A stretch of 59,867 nt of DNA, taken from IMG/VR virus record IMGVR_UViG_3300032116_000210, positions 1 through 59,867 of that record. One strand, given 5' to 3'. The first letter of the stretch is position 1; every line of letters starts with the position of its first letter. The stretch comes from a virus (lineage: Duplodnaviria > Caudoviricetes). Shown here piece after piece: positions 46,863 through 55,480 of this stretch. A model generated the notes under the pieces. The model had not been told where the DNA came from, made no database searches, and saw only the letters and a program-made list of their open reading frames with translations. The position numbers and the translations under genes are program-made.

Positions 46863-47288
46863 ATGGTTCGGTTCAGGAAGGTTGACGCCCGCACACCCAA
46901 GATCCGAGAGCAGCTCCTGAAACTCCAACAGGCCTGCCTGCCTCATGACGACCCGGTCTTCCCAGAGACGGGGCAATGGTGGCTGGGGTACGCGAACCGA
47001 CAGCCGATCGCCTTCTGCCTGGTCAAGCCCTCCAAGTACTGGCTCGACACGGCCTACCTGGCCAGGAGCGGGGTGCTCTTTTTGTGGCGAGGCAAGGGCC
47101 TGCAGAAGCGAATGATCCGAATCCGGGAGCGGCACGCCCGGGCCAGGGGCTACACCTGGATGGTGTCGGACACGACCGAGAACCCGCCCAGCGCCAACAG
47201 CCTGGCCCGCATGGGCTACCAGATGTTTGACCCCAGCATGCCGTGGGGCACCGAGACCAGTCTCTACTGGAGAAAGCGCTTGCGTTAG
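46863..47288 (+). CDS. GNAT family acetyltransferase
   Basis: GV...RGKGLQKRMI acetyl-CoA motif A, and N.PSANSL..MGY. Confidence 0.88.
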   Translation: MVRFRKVDARTPKIREQLLKLQQACLPHDDPVFPETGQWWLGYANRQPIAFCLVKPSKYWLDTAYLARSGVLFLWRGKGLQKRMIRIRERHARARGYTWMVSDTTENPPSANSLARMGYQMFDPSMPWGTETSLYWRKRLR

Positions 47289-47686
47289 TGCCATTTAAGG
47301 ACCCCGAGCAGCGCAGAGCCAGACAAAAGGAATATGCGAAACGCTGGTACGAAAAGAACCGCAAGCAGCACATTGCTACCGCGGTCAAAAACAACCGGGC
47401 GCGCCGCGAGCAGTGGCTCGAATTCAAGGCGCGGCTGAGCTGCACCAAGTGCGGGGCCCGGCACCCAGCGATCATTGACTTCCACCACATCGTTCGCGAC
47501 GAGACCTACCGCTCGGTCTTCAAGCTCGCCGGCGACGGGCGTATTGCCGCGGCCATGGAAGAGACCAAGAAGTGCATCCCGCTTTGCGCGAACTGCCACC
47601 GCATCCTTCACTTCGATGAGGCGACCGAGCGCAAGCGCCGGCGCCGGAAGAAGCGGAAAAAGAAGAAGTCGCACGACGGCCCTTAG
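47288..47686 (+). CDS. HNH endonuclease-like protein
   Basis: CTKC...DFHH...KCIPLCANCHRILH. GTG start overlaps the GNAT stop. Confidence 0.85.
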   Translation: MPFKDPEQRRARQKEYAKRWYEKNRKQHIATAVKNNRARREQWLEFKARLSCTKCGARHPAIIDFHHIVRDETYRSVFKLAGDGRIAAAMEETKKCIPLCANCHRILHFDEATERKRRRRKKRKKKKSHDGP

Positions 47687-47874
47687 CGCTGGCGCAGTTT
47701 CTCGATCCACTCGACCACGTCCTGCTCGAGCCACAGCAGGCGGTTGGTGCCGGGTATGCGCAGCCTCGGGGGCAGCGTCTGCGGGCGGCGGCGGACGTCG
47801 GTCTTGATGGTGCTCACCGACCGCCCCAGCAGCGGGGCCAGGTCCTCCGGGGTGAGGGTTTTAAGGCTGGTCAT
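47683..47874 (-). CDS. Excisionase/AlpA-like HTH protein
   Basis: LTPEDLAPLLGRSVSTI...LPP...LLW...VVEWI. Confidence 0.8.
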   Translation of the reverse strand: MTSLKTLTPEDLAPLLGRSVSTIKTDVRRRPQTLPPRLRIPGTNRLLWLEQDVVEWIEKLRQR

Positions 47875-48130
47875 TCTTGGACTCCAGCTCGAGAAGCAGG
47901 TCGACGAAATGCTTGATCTTTTCCAGGTCCCGCTTGCCGCCCTTGTCCCGCCAGCGGGTGGCGTACTTGATGATGCAGCCCTCGATAAACGGAATGTTGT
48001 TGGCGTGGATGTATTCCACGGGCTGGATCTTTAACTTGCGGTAGTGGTCCCCGCCGACCTGCTGCTGCAGGGCGTTGTCGGGTTTCGGTGGTTCTGCCCA
48101 GATGTACGGCGCGGTTGTAACCATGGTCAT
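47861..48130 (-). CDS. DUF3310 (T7 gp1.7 nucleotide-kinase-like) protein
   Basis: QVGGDHY...IQP...F.EG.IIKY..RW..KGG..DL.K..HF. Confidence 0.88.
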   Translation of the reverse strand: MTMVTTAPYIWAEPPKPDNALQQQVGGDHYRKLKIQPVEYIHANNIPFIEGCIIKYATRWRDKGGKRDLEKIKHFVDLLLELESKNDQP

Positions 48131-50148
48131 CAGTCGATCTCCTTCATGTAGTACTGCGTTTCAAATCCATCGCCGCGCAGCGGCAGCTCCGGCGCCCAGG
48201 GGATCGGGCGGCCCATGATTTCTTCGGCCTGCTTCAGGGTCCACGGCCCGGCCTCGGGCACCTCCATGACCACCTCGTCGTGCACGGTGAAGAGCTGTTC
48301 GAACTGCGCCTCATCGAGTGCCAGCATGGCCTCGGCCAGACAGTCGCGGGCAATCGCCTGAGTGATGTTCTCCAGCAATTTGCCCCCGTAGGTGGGCAGC
48401 CGTTCCCACTTCTTGGTCTTCTGGTCCATCCCCTCGTACGTGAGAGAGCCGGCGCTGGCCACCACCCACCGGCTGCCGTCGGCCTTCTCGCGGTACAGGT
48501 CCTCGCCCTCGATGCGCGGCTTGACGTAGGCCAGGTCGCGGCCCGAGGGCAGAGTGATGAAGAGGAAACCAGAGACCCAGGCGAAGCACAGCTTGGCGCG
48601 GCCGCCTGCGATCGGCAGCTCGACCTTGCCGCGCGTGCGCAGTGCCCGCTTGGCTGCATCCTCGAGCGCGTACCAGAGATCGACCACCTCGGAATTGGCC
48701 TCGCGCCAGGCCTGCTTGATCGGCTCGAGCTCTTCCTCCGGCACGCCCATCTCCAGGGCGCCCATGGTCTTCAGTGCACCGGCCCCACCCTGGTACCCCA
48801 GGGCGAGCTCGGCGACCTTGCCGCGCTGCCGGTAGGGGCTCTTCTTCGTCACGCTGCCAGCGGGCAGCTTGAACATCTGCTCGGCCGAGGCCTCGTAAAT
48901 CTTGCCGTGCGTGCGGAAGACTTCAAGGCGCCACTCGCACCATGCCAGCCACGCCACCACGCGGGCCTCAATGGCGCTGAAGTCGACCGCAATGAGCTTG
49001 TGCCCCGGCCGAGAGATGAACGCAGTTCTGATGAGCTGTGAGAGGGTGTCGGCCACGCTGCCAAAGAGCAGCTCAACCGACGACAGGTCACGTTTCTTTA
49101 TCAATTCCCGGGCGAGGTTCAGATCCTTTAACTTGTTCTGCGGTAGGTTCTGAACCTGGACCAGGCGCCCGGCCCAGCGGCCGGTGCGGTTGGCGCCGTA
49201 GAACTGGGTGAGCCCGCGCACGCAGTCGTCGCCGCCCATGACCCGGGACATGGCGTGGTACTTCGACACGCTGGTCTTGGCCAGCTCCTGGCGCAGCTCG
49301 AGCACCCGGCGAACGACGTTGCTGTCGGTTGCTTGCAGCAGCAGGGGCACAGTCTTTTTGGTGAGGTCGGCGATCTCCTCGTCTTCTTCCTCCTGCAGCC
49401 AGGCCAAAAGCTGCGCCCGGCTGTTGGGATTGGACAGGCCTGTGAGGTCCATGGCCTCCTGGGTGAGGCGGTCCCGCACAACGGTGTCGCACTCGATTGC
49501 GGACTCCACGAGAACGCGATCGACTAAGACCCCCTTGTTCATCATTCGCTGGTCCAGATACCAGAGTCGCCATTCCTTGGCGGGCACCGGGAACTTGTCA
49601 ATCTTGCGGGCAATCTCCCGCTCAGCCACGACGTCGCCTGCGCAGTAGTCCTTAAACATCTCCCACTTCTGCGGGTCGTGATGCGGCTTGTTGCGCGTGC
49701 GGCCGCCGTTGCTCTTCGTCGGTTTGCAGGGCAGGCAGAAGTAGCGGATCAGCGCCCAGCCGGTGTTCTTCTTCTGCTGGTCTGCCGACAACCCAACAAC
49801 CCGGCCAACGTCAGCCAGGTTGCCGGGCAGTCCCAGGTACAGGGCGTGCACGCTGGTGCACTCCCACTGCTCGAGGGCCATGGGCCGGCGGAAGTGCCGG
49901 CTCAGGCAGGTGGTCTCGAAGGCCGCGTTGTAGGCAGTCTTCTTGACGGCCGGGTCCCACATCGCCCGCTGCACCCGATCGGGCAGAGCTTCGCGCTGCG
50001 CCAGGTCGACAACCTGGACCGGCTCCTCGTCAAACGCATAGCCAAACAAGAGGACCTCGAAGTCGGACGACTCCACGTAGCGGTGCATGCCCGCCTTCTT
50101 GAGGTCCACACTGCTGTAGGTCTCGATGTCGATTCGAAGGACCGTCAC
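48130..50148 (-). CDS. DNA polymerase family A with 3'-5' exonuclease
   Basis: DIETYS (ExoI), NAAFE, TGRWAG...QNLP, DFSAIEAR (motif A), RQRGKVAELALGY (motif B), VHDE (motif C). Confidence 0.96.
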   Translation of the reverse strand: MTVLRIDIETYSSVDLKKAGMHRYVESSDFEVLLFGYAFDEEPVQVVDLAQREALPDRVQRAMWDPAVKKTAYNAAFETTCLSRHFRRPMALEQWECTSVHALYLGLPGNLADVGRVVGLSADQQKKNTGWALIRYFCLPCKPTKSNGGRTRNKPHHDPQKWEMFKDYCAGDVVAEREIARKIDKFPVPAKEWRLWYLDQRMMNKGVLVDRVLVESAIECDTVVRDRLTQEAMDLTGLSNPNSRAQLLAWLQEEEDEEIADLTKKTVPLLLQATDSNVVRRVLELRQELAKTSVSKYHAMSRVMGGDDCVRGLTQFYGANRTGRWAGRLVQVQNLPQNKLKDLNLARELIKKRDLSSVELLFGSVADTLSQLIRTAFISRPGHKLIAVDFSAIEARVVAWLAWCEWRLEVFRTHGKIYEASAEQMFKLPAGSVTKKSPYRQRGKVAELALGYQGGAGALKTMGALEMGVPEEELEPIKQAWREANSEVVDLWYALEDAAKRALRTRGKVELPIAGGRAKLCFAWVSGFLFITLPSGRDLAYVKPRIEGEDLYREKADGSRWVVASAGSLTYEGMDQKTKKWERLPTYGGKLLENITQAIARDCLAEAMLALDEAQFEQLFTVHDEVVMEVPEAGPWTLKQAEEIMGRPIPWAPELPLRGDGFETQYYMKEID

Positions 50149-50351
50149 TCGCCGTCGCCTTTCTCCTCGACGGGCTTGGGCGCAGCAGCCAAGGCGGCTT
50201 CGGCCAAGGCATTCATCTGGGTCTTGTACTGCGCCCAGATCTCCTGCACCAGGTCGTCGACCTGCTCATGGGGCAGCTTGCGCAGCGCCCCGATGACCAG
50301 ATCAACACCGGCCGGCACCATCTTGATGTTCAGGATGGGTGGTTGCGTCAT
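50145..50351 (-). CDS. Small hypothetical protein
   Basis: ALRKLPHEQV..LV..I motif. Overlaps both neighbours. Confidence 0.7.
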   Translation of the reverse strand: MTQPPILNIKMVPAGVDLVIGALRKLPHEQVDDLVQEIWAQYKTQMNALAEAALAAAPKPVEEKGDGE

Positions 50352-50815
50352 TGCTTCTCCCCGAATTCAACGATCGCCTCGGCATGCGCGATCGCGTCAA
50401 CCTTCTGTGCAAGAGAACCTGACAGACGGATTGAAAGCGTGTCGCAGATCTCGAGGATTGCCTTCGCCAAGTAGCGGTTACGGTCGCGGCCCAGCGCCGT
50501 GCCGCGGTGCTTCTTCGTCAGCCTGGCGTTATCCCAAGGCACGCCGGTGCCCTTGCGCGCGTCGACAATCGAGCTGACGACCACCGTAAACCCGAGCGTT
50601 TCGGTGGCAATGGTGGCCAGGATGGAGTGCGGCGTGGCCCGGTATTTCTCGGCGTTGTCCTCGATGAATTTCCAGAGCTTGTATCGCCGGTTCTGGTCCA
50701 GCCCCTGGCGGGACTTGCGAATGCGCTTTGCGGTTTGAAAGTCTGGGATCTGAATCGATATACCTTCCCCCGAAAACTTGCCGCCCGTTGGCTGCGTGAT
50801 TGTTTGGTCGTACAT
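50348..50815 (-). CDS. Hypothetical basic protein
   Basis: Fills the gap between SSB and the next gene, with an AAAGG RBS. Confidence 0.7.
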   Translation of the reverse strand: MYDQTITQPTGGKFSGEGISIQIPDFQTAKRIRKSRQGLDQNRRYKLWKFIEDNAEKYRATPHSILATIATETLGFTVVVSSIVDARKGTGVPWDNARLTKKHRGTALGRDRNRYLAKAILEICDTLSIRLSGSLAQKVDAIAHAEAIVEFGEKQ

Positions 50816-50827
50816 GGCAGAACCTTT

Positions 50828-51370
50828 CTACGACAAGAAGTCGTCATCAACTGCAGAGAAGTCATCCTCGGCACGTGCGCGGCCGGACAGCGGCTCGCCG
50901 TCTGCAACCTTCTGCACGTTGTTCAGACCCGCGGCAATGCCGCGATTGCCGGCCTGGTTGTACGGGTAGAAGTTGACCGACACGCGGCCATACACGCCGC
51001 TGTAGATCTCTCCTTGGTCCAGGATGGGGTTGACCTGCGCGTCCACCACGCCGGGTTTCTGCTTGCTGCTGGCGTTGATGAACCAGTGGCCCTTGTACTC
51101 GGGCGCGTCGCGCTCGGTGTCGCCGTCACGCAGTGGCACCTTCAGGCCCGGGGGAATCTTGCCGCCCCACACGCTGATGCCTGCCTGCTTGGCCGCCTCG
51201 ATGGCAGCCTTGACCTTGTCGACCGTTGCCGTGTCCGACTTCGGGATCAGGATGCAGACCGAATACTTGGGGTCTTTTCCTTCTTCCTGGGCACGGGGCT
51301 GGAAGACGTTGACGTAAGACAGCCGGGCCTTGCCGGTTACTACTTTTGTAGCTGATGGTTTTGTGCTCAT
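50828..51370 (-). CDS. Single-stranded DNA-binding protein (DUF2815)
   Basis: RLSY, KYSV.ILIPK, PLRDGD, YSGVY, GIAAGLNNVQ and an acidic tail. Confidence 0.93.
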   Translation of the reverse strand: MSTKPSATKVVTGKARLSYVNVFQPRAQEEGKDPKYSVCILIPKSDTATVDKVKAAIEAAKQAGISVWGGKIPPGLKVPLRDGDTERDAPEYKGHWFINASSKQKPGVVDAQVNPILDQGEIYSGVYGRVSVNFYPYNQAGNRGIAAGLNNVQKVADGEPLSGRARAEDDFSAVDDDFLS

Positions 51371-51396
51371 GTGGTTTCCTTTCCTTGTGAGCTGGT

Positions 51397-52584
51397 TTAC
51401 TTGAAGTCTTCTGCAGCGGACGCCACAGAGCTAAGCGCTGGTCTCTTGTCCGACTCTTTGACCAGGGTGGGTTTGCCCGTCGGCTTGACGATCAGACCAT
51501 CAAGCAGCTGGGCGAACTTCTTTTTGCCGAGCAGGGTCTCCATGGCCGTGATCCCGCGCAGGCTGCGCTCGTAGATCACCGCCTCTTCGATGCCCGACTC
51601 GACGAGCTTGGCGGCCACCGCGTCGTGGTCGCTGTACTTGCGGTTGGCGCGGCCCTCGACGAGCTTGAACCCAGGCCAGGTCTGGCCATGCTCCTCGGCC
51701 TGCTTGAGCGCGTAGGCCTGGACCTCGCCGATCCACTTGGCCACCGCGTCCCCGCGGTCCAGAACCTGCAGGATCTGCTCCTGCGTCAAGCGCTCGGGTT
51801 CGACCAGGGCGAAATCGGCCTTGGCCAGCGCCATTGCGTAGGTCCCGCGTGCGGCGCAGGTGAACCTGGCCTTGCAGAAGCAGCTCGTGCAATGGTCCCC
51901 GGCGACGAACTCACCCTTGCCATCCCATGCCAGCTGCGCACGGGGCACGACCTGGCTGACCGCCCAGTCCAGCAGCTCGTCTACCGATATGGCCTCGGAG
52001 TCATAGTTGTTGAGCCGGGGCTGCAGCACCGTCATGCGCACCGTCTTGGCCGGATACAGGTGGGCCAGCTCGTTGTAAGCGCCCAGCCCATAGAGCCGCA
52101 TCTGGCTGTTGTCCTGCGCGCTGACCGGCACGCCCTTGCCGTACTTCAGATCGAGCACCTCGATCAGGTCGTCGGTGACGATGACCAGGTCGCCCGTACC
52201 GAACCCTTCAGGCACCCAGGGGCTGAAGTCCAGCCGCTGCTCGACCAGGATGATCGGGTCCTTGCACTGTGCACGCGCCGCGTCAATACGTTCGACCGCA
52301 ACCGCTGCCGCTGCGGCGACGTAGTCCTGTAGCTCCTGGGACCACAGCATGTTCCGGCGCAGCACGCGCCAGTTCTCGGTGTAGTCGTCCTTGCTGATGA
52401 ACCCGGCGGCGTAGCGGATCTCGTTCTCGAAGACCGTGTGCGCGTAGGTTCCTTCAGCTGCATAGGGGCTTTGCTCGTCTTCGAACTGCTCCTCAGCCTT
52501 GGCGCTGGGGGTGCAGGTCATCCACTTCTCAGAGCCGCTCGCGGACAGCTTGGCGTGAGCGCGGATGGGTATTACCTTGGTCAT
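51397..52584 (-). CDS. DUF2800 PD-(D/E)xK (Cas4-like) exonuclease
   Basis: HAKLSAS...W..C, EGT.AH, GFGTGD, DLKYGKG, Q..LY and QPR motifs. Confidence 0.93.
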   Translation of the reverse strand: MTKVIPIRAHAKLSASGSEKWMTCTPSAKAEEQFEDEQSPYAAEGTYAHTVFENEIRYAAGFISKDDYTENWRVLRRNMLWSQELQDYVAAAAAVAVERIDAARAQCKDPIILVEQRLDFSPWVPEGFGTGDLVIVTDDLIEVLDLKYGKGVPVSAQDNSQMRLYGLGAYNELAHLYPAKTVRMTVLQPRLNNYDSEAISVDELLDWAVSQVVPRAQLAWDGKGEFVAGDHCTSCFCKARFTCAARGTYAMALAKADFALVEPERLTQEQILQVLDRGDAVAKWIGEVQAYALKQAEEHGQTWPGFKLVEGRANRKYSDHDAVAAKLVESGIEEAVIYERSLRGITAMETLLGKKKFAQLLDGLIVKPTGKPTLVKESDKRPALSSVASAAEDFK

Positions 52585-52763
52585 ACAACGGCCTTTCCGA
52601 ACCTAGACAGGTCCACTGGTTTGGTCTTTCGGCGAGGTGGCTTGGCCTTGGTGAAAGGCCAAACGTCGGGCCTGTCGAGTAGCCCCAGCGAATGCCAGAG
52701 CTGGGCCAGGCGCCGCTGCTCGTCGGTTAGCGGGGCTGCTTGTTGGCCCACAGTTCCAGGCAT
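52581..52763 (-). CDS. Hypothetical protein
   Basis: ATGA overlap with the nuclease gene. GGAG RBS. Confidence 0.55.
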   Translation of the reverse strand: MPGTVGQQAAPLTDEQRRLAQLWHSLGLLDRPDVWPFTKAKPPRRKTKPVDLSRFGKAVV

Positions 52764-53005
52764 GTCATCTCCAATGCCGCGCTCGGCGGGTTGGTCTTCA
52801 GGCTGTCGTCACCACCCTGCCGGTAGGCGTCGATCACGTCCTGCGCGATGTAGGGCTGACCAGGCTCGGCCGTGAGCTTGCTTAGGGCCATGGCCACCAG
52901 GGCGGTGAAAGTCACGCCCATGATCACGCCCAGCCAGTAGTTGCCATTGGCGTGCCGCTGCGCGGTGATGTAGTCGTTTAGATGATCCATTGCGCGACCC
53001 TCCAT
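52727..53005 (-). CDS. Hypothetical membrane protein
   Basis: One TM segment. GGAGG RBS before an internal ATG at 52990. Confidence 0.6.
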   Translation of the reverse strand: MEGRAMDHLNDYITAQRHANGNYWLGVIMGVTFTALVAMALSKLTAEPGQPYIAQDVIDAYRQGGDDSLKTNPPSAALEMTCLELWANKQPR

Positions 53006-53106
53006 GCCAGGCCGGCGAACGCGCCGACCACTGCCGCCATACCTACGAAAGACAGGACCACCGCGATCAGCAGCAGGCCGACGTCTAAGAAGCCGGTGTG
53101 TTTCAT
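52978..53106 (-). CDS. Small hydrophobic membrane peptide
   Basis: ATG at 53106 overlaps the upstream stop. 42 aa, mostly hydrophobic. Confidence 0.55.
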   Translation of the reverse strand: MKHTGFLDVGLLLIAVVLSFVGMAAVVGAFAGLAWRVAQWII

Positions 53107-53303
53107 TGTTGGGTTCCCTTCGTCGATTGGTCTTTGAACCACCGCAGCGCGTCCTTGCACACGTGTTCGGCGTTGGCAGCCAGGTAGCTGCCGATGATCA
53201 GAGCCGCGGTTGGCGCGTCGCCCAGCGCCGATGGGTCGTCAAGGTGGCCCTCGAGTTCGACCGACTCGCCGGCGTCCTTGATGGTGATAGTTACTGTGGT
53301 CAT
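53103..53303 (-). CDS. Hypothetical protein
   Basis: Coupled ATGA overlaps on both sides. Confidence 0.65.
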   Translation of the reverse strand: MTTVTITIKDAGESVELEGHLDDPSALGDAPTAALIIGSYLAANAEHVCKDALRWFKDQSTKGTQQ

Positions 53304-53725
53304 AGCTGCTCCGCGTTCTTCAAGAGCTCGGCGTACTTGTCCGCCGGAACGTCGGTGAGCTTGGCCGCGCCGTAGCCGGACAGCAGCGCCTTGACTTCCT
53401 TGCCCTTGCCGCCCTGGCTGAGGCTGGCCAGCTTGGCGCGGACCTCTTCCAGGGTTACGTCAGGGGCCGAACCTTTCGCAGCGGCAGAAGTCTCGGAAGG
53501 TGCAGGCGCCGACGCGGACTCCGAGCTCGGCGAGCTGTCGGTAGTGGCAGGGGCGGCCTTTGGGGCCTTTGCCTTTTTTGGTTCGGCCGGCGCCTCGACT
53601 TTCACTTCGACCGGCTCGCCGGTGGACGCGACCGTCACCTCGCTGTTGAACTGCTCCAGCAGGCGGATCAGCTGGGCCAGCTGCGACGGGGTCTTGGGGG
53701 TTAGGGTTACTTGAATCATTGCCAT
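53300..53725 (-). CDS. Protein typically linked to DUF2800/DUF2815 modules
   Basis: Low-complexity linker followed by VTLEEVRAKL...VKALLSGYGAAKLTDVP..KY.EL. Confidence 0.82.
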   Translation of the reverse strand: MAMIQVTLTPKTPSQLAQLIRLLEQFNSEVTVASTGEPVEVKVEAPAEPKKAKAPKAAPATTDSSPSSESASAPAPSETSAAAKGSAPDVTLEEVRAKLASLSQGGKGKEVKALLSGYGAAKLTDVPADKYAELLKNAEQL

Positions 53726-53734
53726 CTCTCCTGG

Positions 53735-53908
53735 TTATTCCTGGGGTTGTTGTATGGGTGGGTAATCCAGCGGAAGCTCGAGCTGTTGCTGCTGCTCTGC
53801 GCGGATTCTTTGGAACGTGACCCTGAGGTCCGTCTCTTTGGCCGGGACGTACTTGAAGTCCGGGTCGTCGAGCCGCGGTCTAGCCGGGCTTTTGTTTTTG
53901 TCCTGCAT
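53735..53908 (-). CDS. 57-aa first gene of the leftward early operon (MQDKNKSPARPRLDDPDFKYVPAKETDLRVTF...)
   Basis: Read manually (below the track cutoff). GAAAGGA RBS and open frame to TAA. Confidence 0.68.
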   Translation of the reverse strand: MQDKNKSPARPRLDDPDFKYVPAKETDLRVTFQRIRAEQQQQLELPLDYPPIQQPQE

Positions 53909-53930
53909 GAGGTTCCTTTCTTGGATGCGG

Positions 53931-53984
53931 GTTAGGTCTGCTTACTGCCGGGGATAGTAGCACTATCCTTTTCGGGCGTGCAAA
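53931..53984 (-). promoter_or_regulatory. PL-like promoter with two operators
   Basis: Minus strand TTGCAC-18bp-TACTAT. Palindromes GTTAG-N5-CTTAC (53931-53945) and GATAG-N5-CTATC (53953-53967). Confidence 0.7.
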
Positions 53985-54010
53985 TACCACGCACCTGCGT
54001 ACACCAACGG

Positions 54011-54514
54011 TCAGGGTTGGGTAAGGACCTTAACTACGGCGGCAAGCGCGTCGGCTGGCGTTTCGGCCGATATGACCGAGGCCTTCGTGCCGACCAGGAC
54101 CAGGTGCGCCTTGGTCCCGTTCTGCTCGGCTGCGAGCTGCGCCAGCTTGGCCGCGATCTGGCCAGGGGTTTGCGCGAACAGGAACAGGTGATTGCCCTGG
54201 CGCAGGTCCGGCAAGACGTCCGGCTCTGGCGCCGGGGGCGGGCCGCTACCGGTAGTGACCCCGCCGAACTCGCCCGTCAGTTTCCACAGCGCGTTGACGT
54301 CGGCGGCGTCGTTCAACAGCCACTCGAGCGGGGCGCCCGTCATCTTGCTGATGGTGATCAGGTGATCGGTCGTGGGCTTGGTCCGGTGCTCGGCCTCGGC
54401 CGCCTCCCACAGGGCCACCGCGCCGCGGGTCACGCCGCAGTGCTTGGCCAGGTCTGCCTGGGTTAGGTCGGCGAACTTGCGCGCCTGGCGCAGTCTTTGC
54501 CAAAGCTCGGACAT
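54011..54514 (-). CDS. CI-like XRE HTH repressor
   Basis: RLRQARK..LTQADLAKHCGVTRGAVALWE...LEWLL. Divergent from the Cro-like gene. Confidence 0.88.
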   Translation of the reverse strand: MSELWQRLRQARKFADLTQADLAKHCGVTRGAVALWEAAEAEHRTKPTTDHLITISKMTGAPLEWLLNDAADVNALWKLTGEFGGVTTGSGPPPAPEPDVLPDLRQGNHLFLFAQTPGQIAAKLAQLAAEQNGTKAHLVLVGTKASVISAETPADALAAVVKVLTQP

Positions 54515-54765
54515 GATAGCCCCGCTTGTGTAGAGCGGCGGAGTGTGCAGCGGGACTGGGTAAAGAGCAAGCGCAGAGTGGTGCATTTGGGGGTAACCCT
54601 AAATCGGTCCTCACGTAAAACGATTGTTCTAAGCCACTGATTGGATGTGGCAAAGCCGGACCGCCGGCTCTGTTCGCCAGTGTCTACGTACGTACGTTGA
54701 TGCCTACCACCTTCGCGGTATTCGGCCGGTCGCAGCTGACGAACGGCAAGCGCTGGCGGACGAGA

Positions 54766-54782
54766 GTTAGCCACGCTATCAT
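54766..54782 (+). promoter_or_regulatory. OR-like operator overlapping the -10 box of the cro promoter
   Basis: GTTAG-CCACG-CTATC overlapping TATCAT, 8 nt before the cro ATG (probably a leaderless mRNA). Confidence 0.6.
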
Positions 54783-54790
54783 TCGCGGCT

Positions 54791-55015
54791 ATGACTACAG
54801 CCGAAATCATCAAAACGCTAGGGGGCCCGGCCAGCATTGGCCGGCAGTTGGGTATTCGTGGCCAGGCGGTGAGCCTTTGGATTCGCGCCGATCGGATTCC
54901 CGTCGACCGTGTGCCTCAGCTCGAGCGCATCGCGAAGCAGATGGGCGCGCCCGTGCGGGCCGAGCAGATGCGCCCGGACGTGGAGTGGTCCGTCATCCGA
55001 GGCCAGGGTGGATGA
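54791..55015 (+). CDS. Cro-like (YdaS-type) repressor
   Basis: LGG..IGRQLGI..QAVSLW...RIP...MRPDV.W. Confidence 0.88.
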   Translation: MTTAEIIKTLGGPASIGRQLGIRGQAVSLWIRADRIPVDRVPQLERIAKQMGAPVRAEQMRPDVEWSVIRGQGG

Positions 55016-55202
55016 GGTCCACCTGACCCTGAACGCCGCCGTGCTGAATCTGATTCTCCGCGGTGAAGACGTCGCCGTGCCGATCGAGGGCCTGGGACTA
55101 CGGGTAGTGCTCCGCGGCGATAACGATCTCGTGGCCATGCGTCAGCAGATGGAACACCTGGCTCTGATGCAGAGCCTGCCCACCCCCCGCAGCATCAACT
55201 GA
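55008..55202 (+). CDS. Hypothetical protein
   Basis: GTG at 55008 overlaps the cro end. Good codon bias. Confidence 0.6.
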   Translation: MDEVHLTLNAAVLNLILRGEDVAVPIEGLGLRVVLRGDNDLVAMRQQMEHLALMQSLPTPRSIN

Positions 55203-55213
55203 AAGGAGAAACC

Positions 55214-55369
55214 GTGAAAGACAAGCCGTTCTGGGACAAAGAGAACCCCAAAGACAAGCCCAAGAAGTTGACCGCGGCGCAGAAGCTCGCGGCCAAGCGC
55301 AGGGCGAAGGAGGCCGGCCGCCCCTATCCCAACCTGGTGGATAACGCCGCGGCGGCGCGCAAGAAATAG
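55214..55369 (+). CDS. 51-aa basic protein (KKLTAAQK.AAK.RA..AGRPYPNLVDN)
   Basis: Read manually. GAAAGGAG RBS, GTG start, TAG stop. Confidence 0.78.
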   Translation: MKDKPFWDKENPKDKPKKLTAAQKLAAKRRAKEAGRPYPNLVDNAAAARKK

Positions 55370-55389
55370 TTGTTGCTGTTGCTGTTTAA

Positions 55390-55480
55390 GGGCTCGGGCC
55401 GGGCTAGCTACCTGGCCGACAAGGCGGTAATTCCCTCCCTGCCGCCGCCCGTCTTTTTTCCAGGGAGTGAAGAAGGGAAC
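55390..55480 (+). ncRNA. Candidate structured cis-regulatory RNA upstream of the primase gene
   Basis: Three-helix junction followed by a U-run. A loop segment is complementary to the downstream RBS region. Confidence 0.5.

Noticed and set aside
51397-52584. Cas4 implying a CRISPR system
   Set aside because: Standard DUF2800 replication/recombination nuclease beside DUF2815 and PolA.
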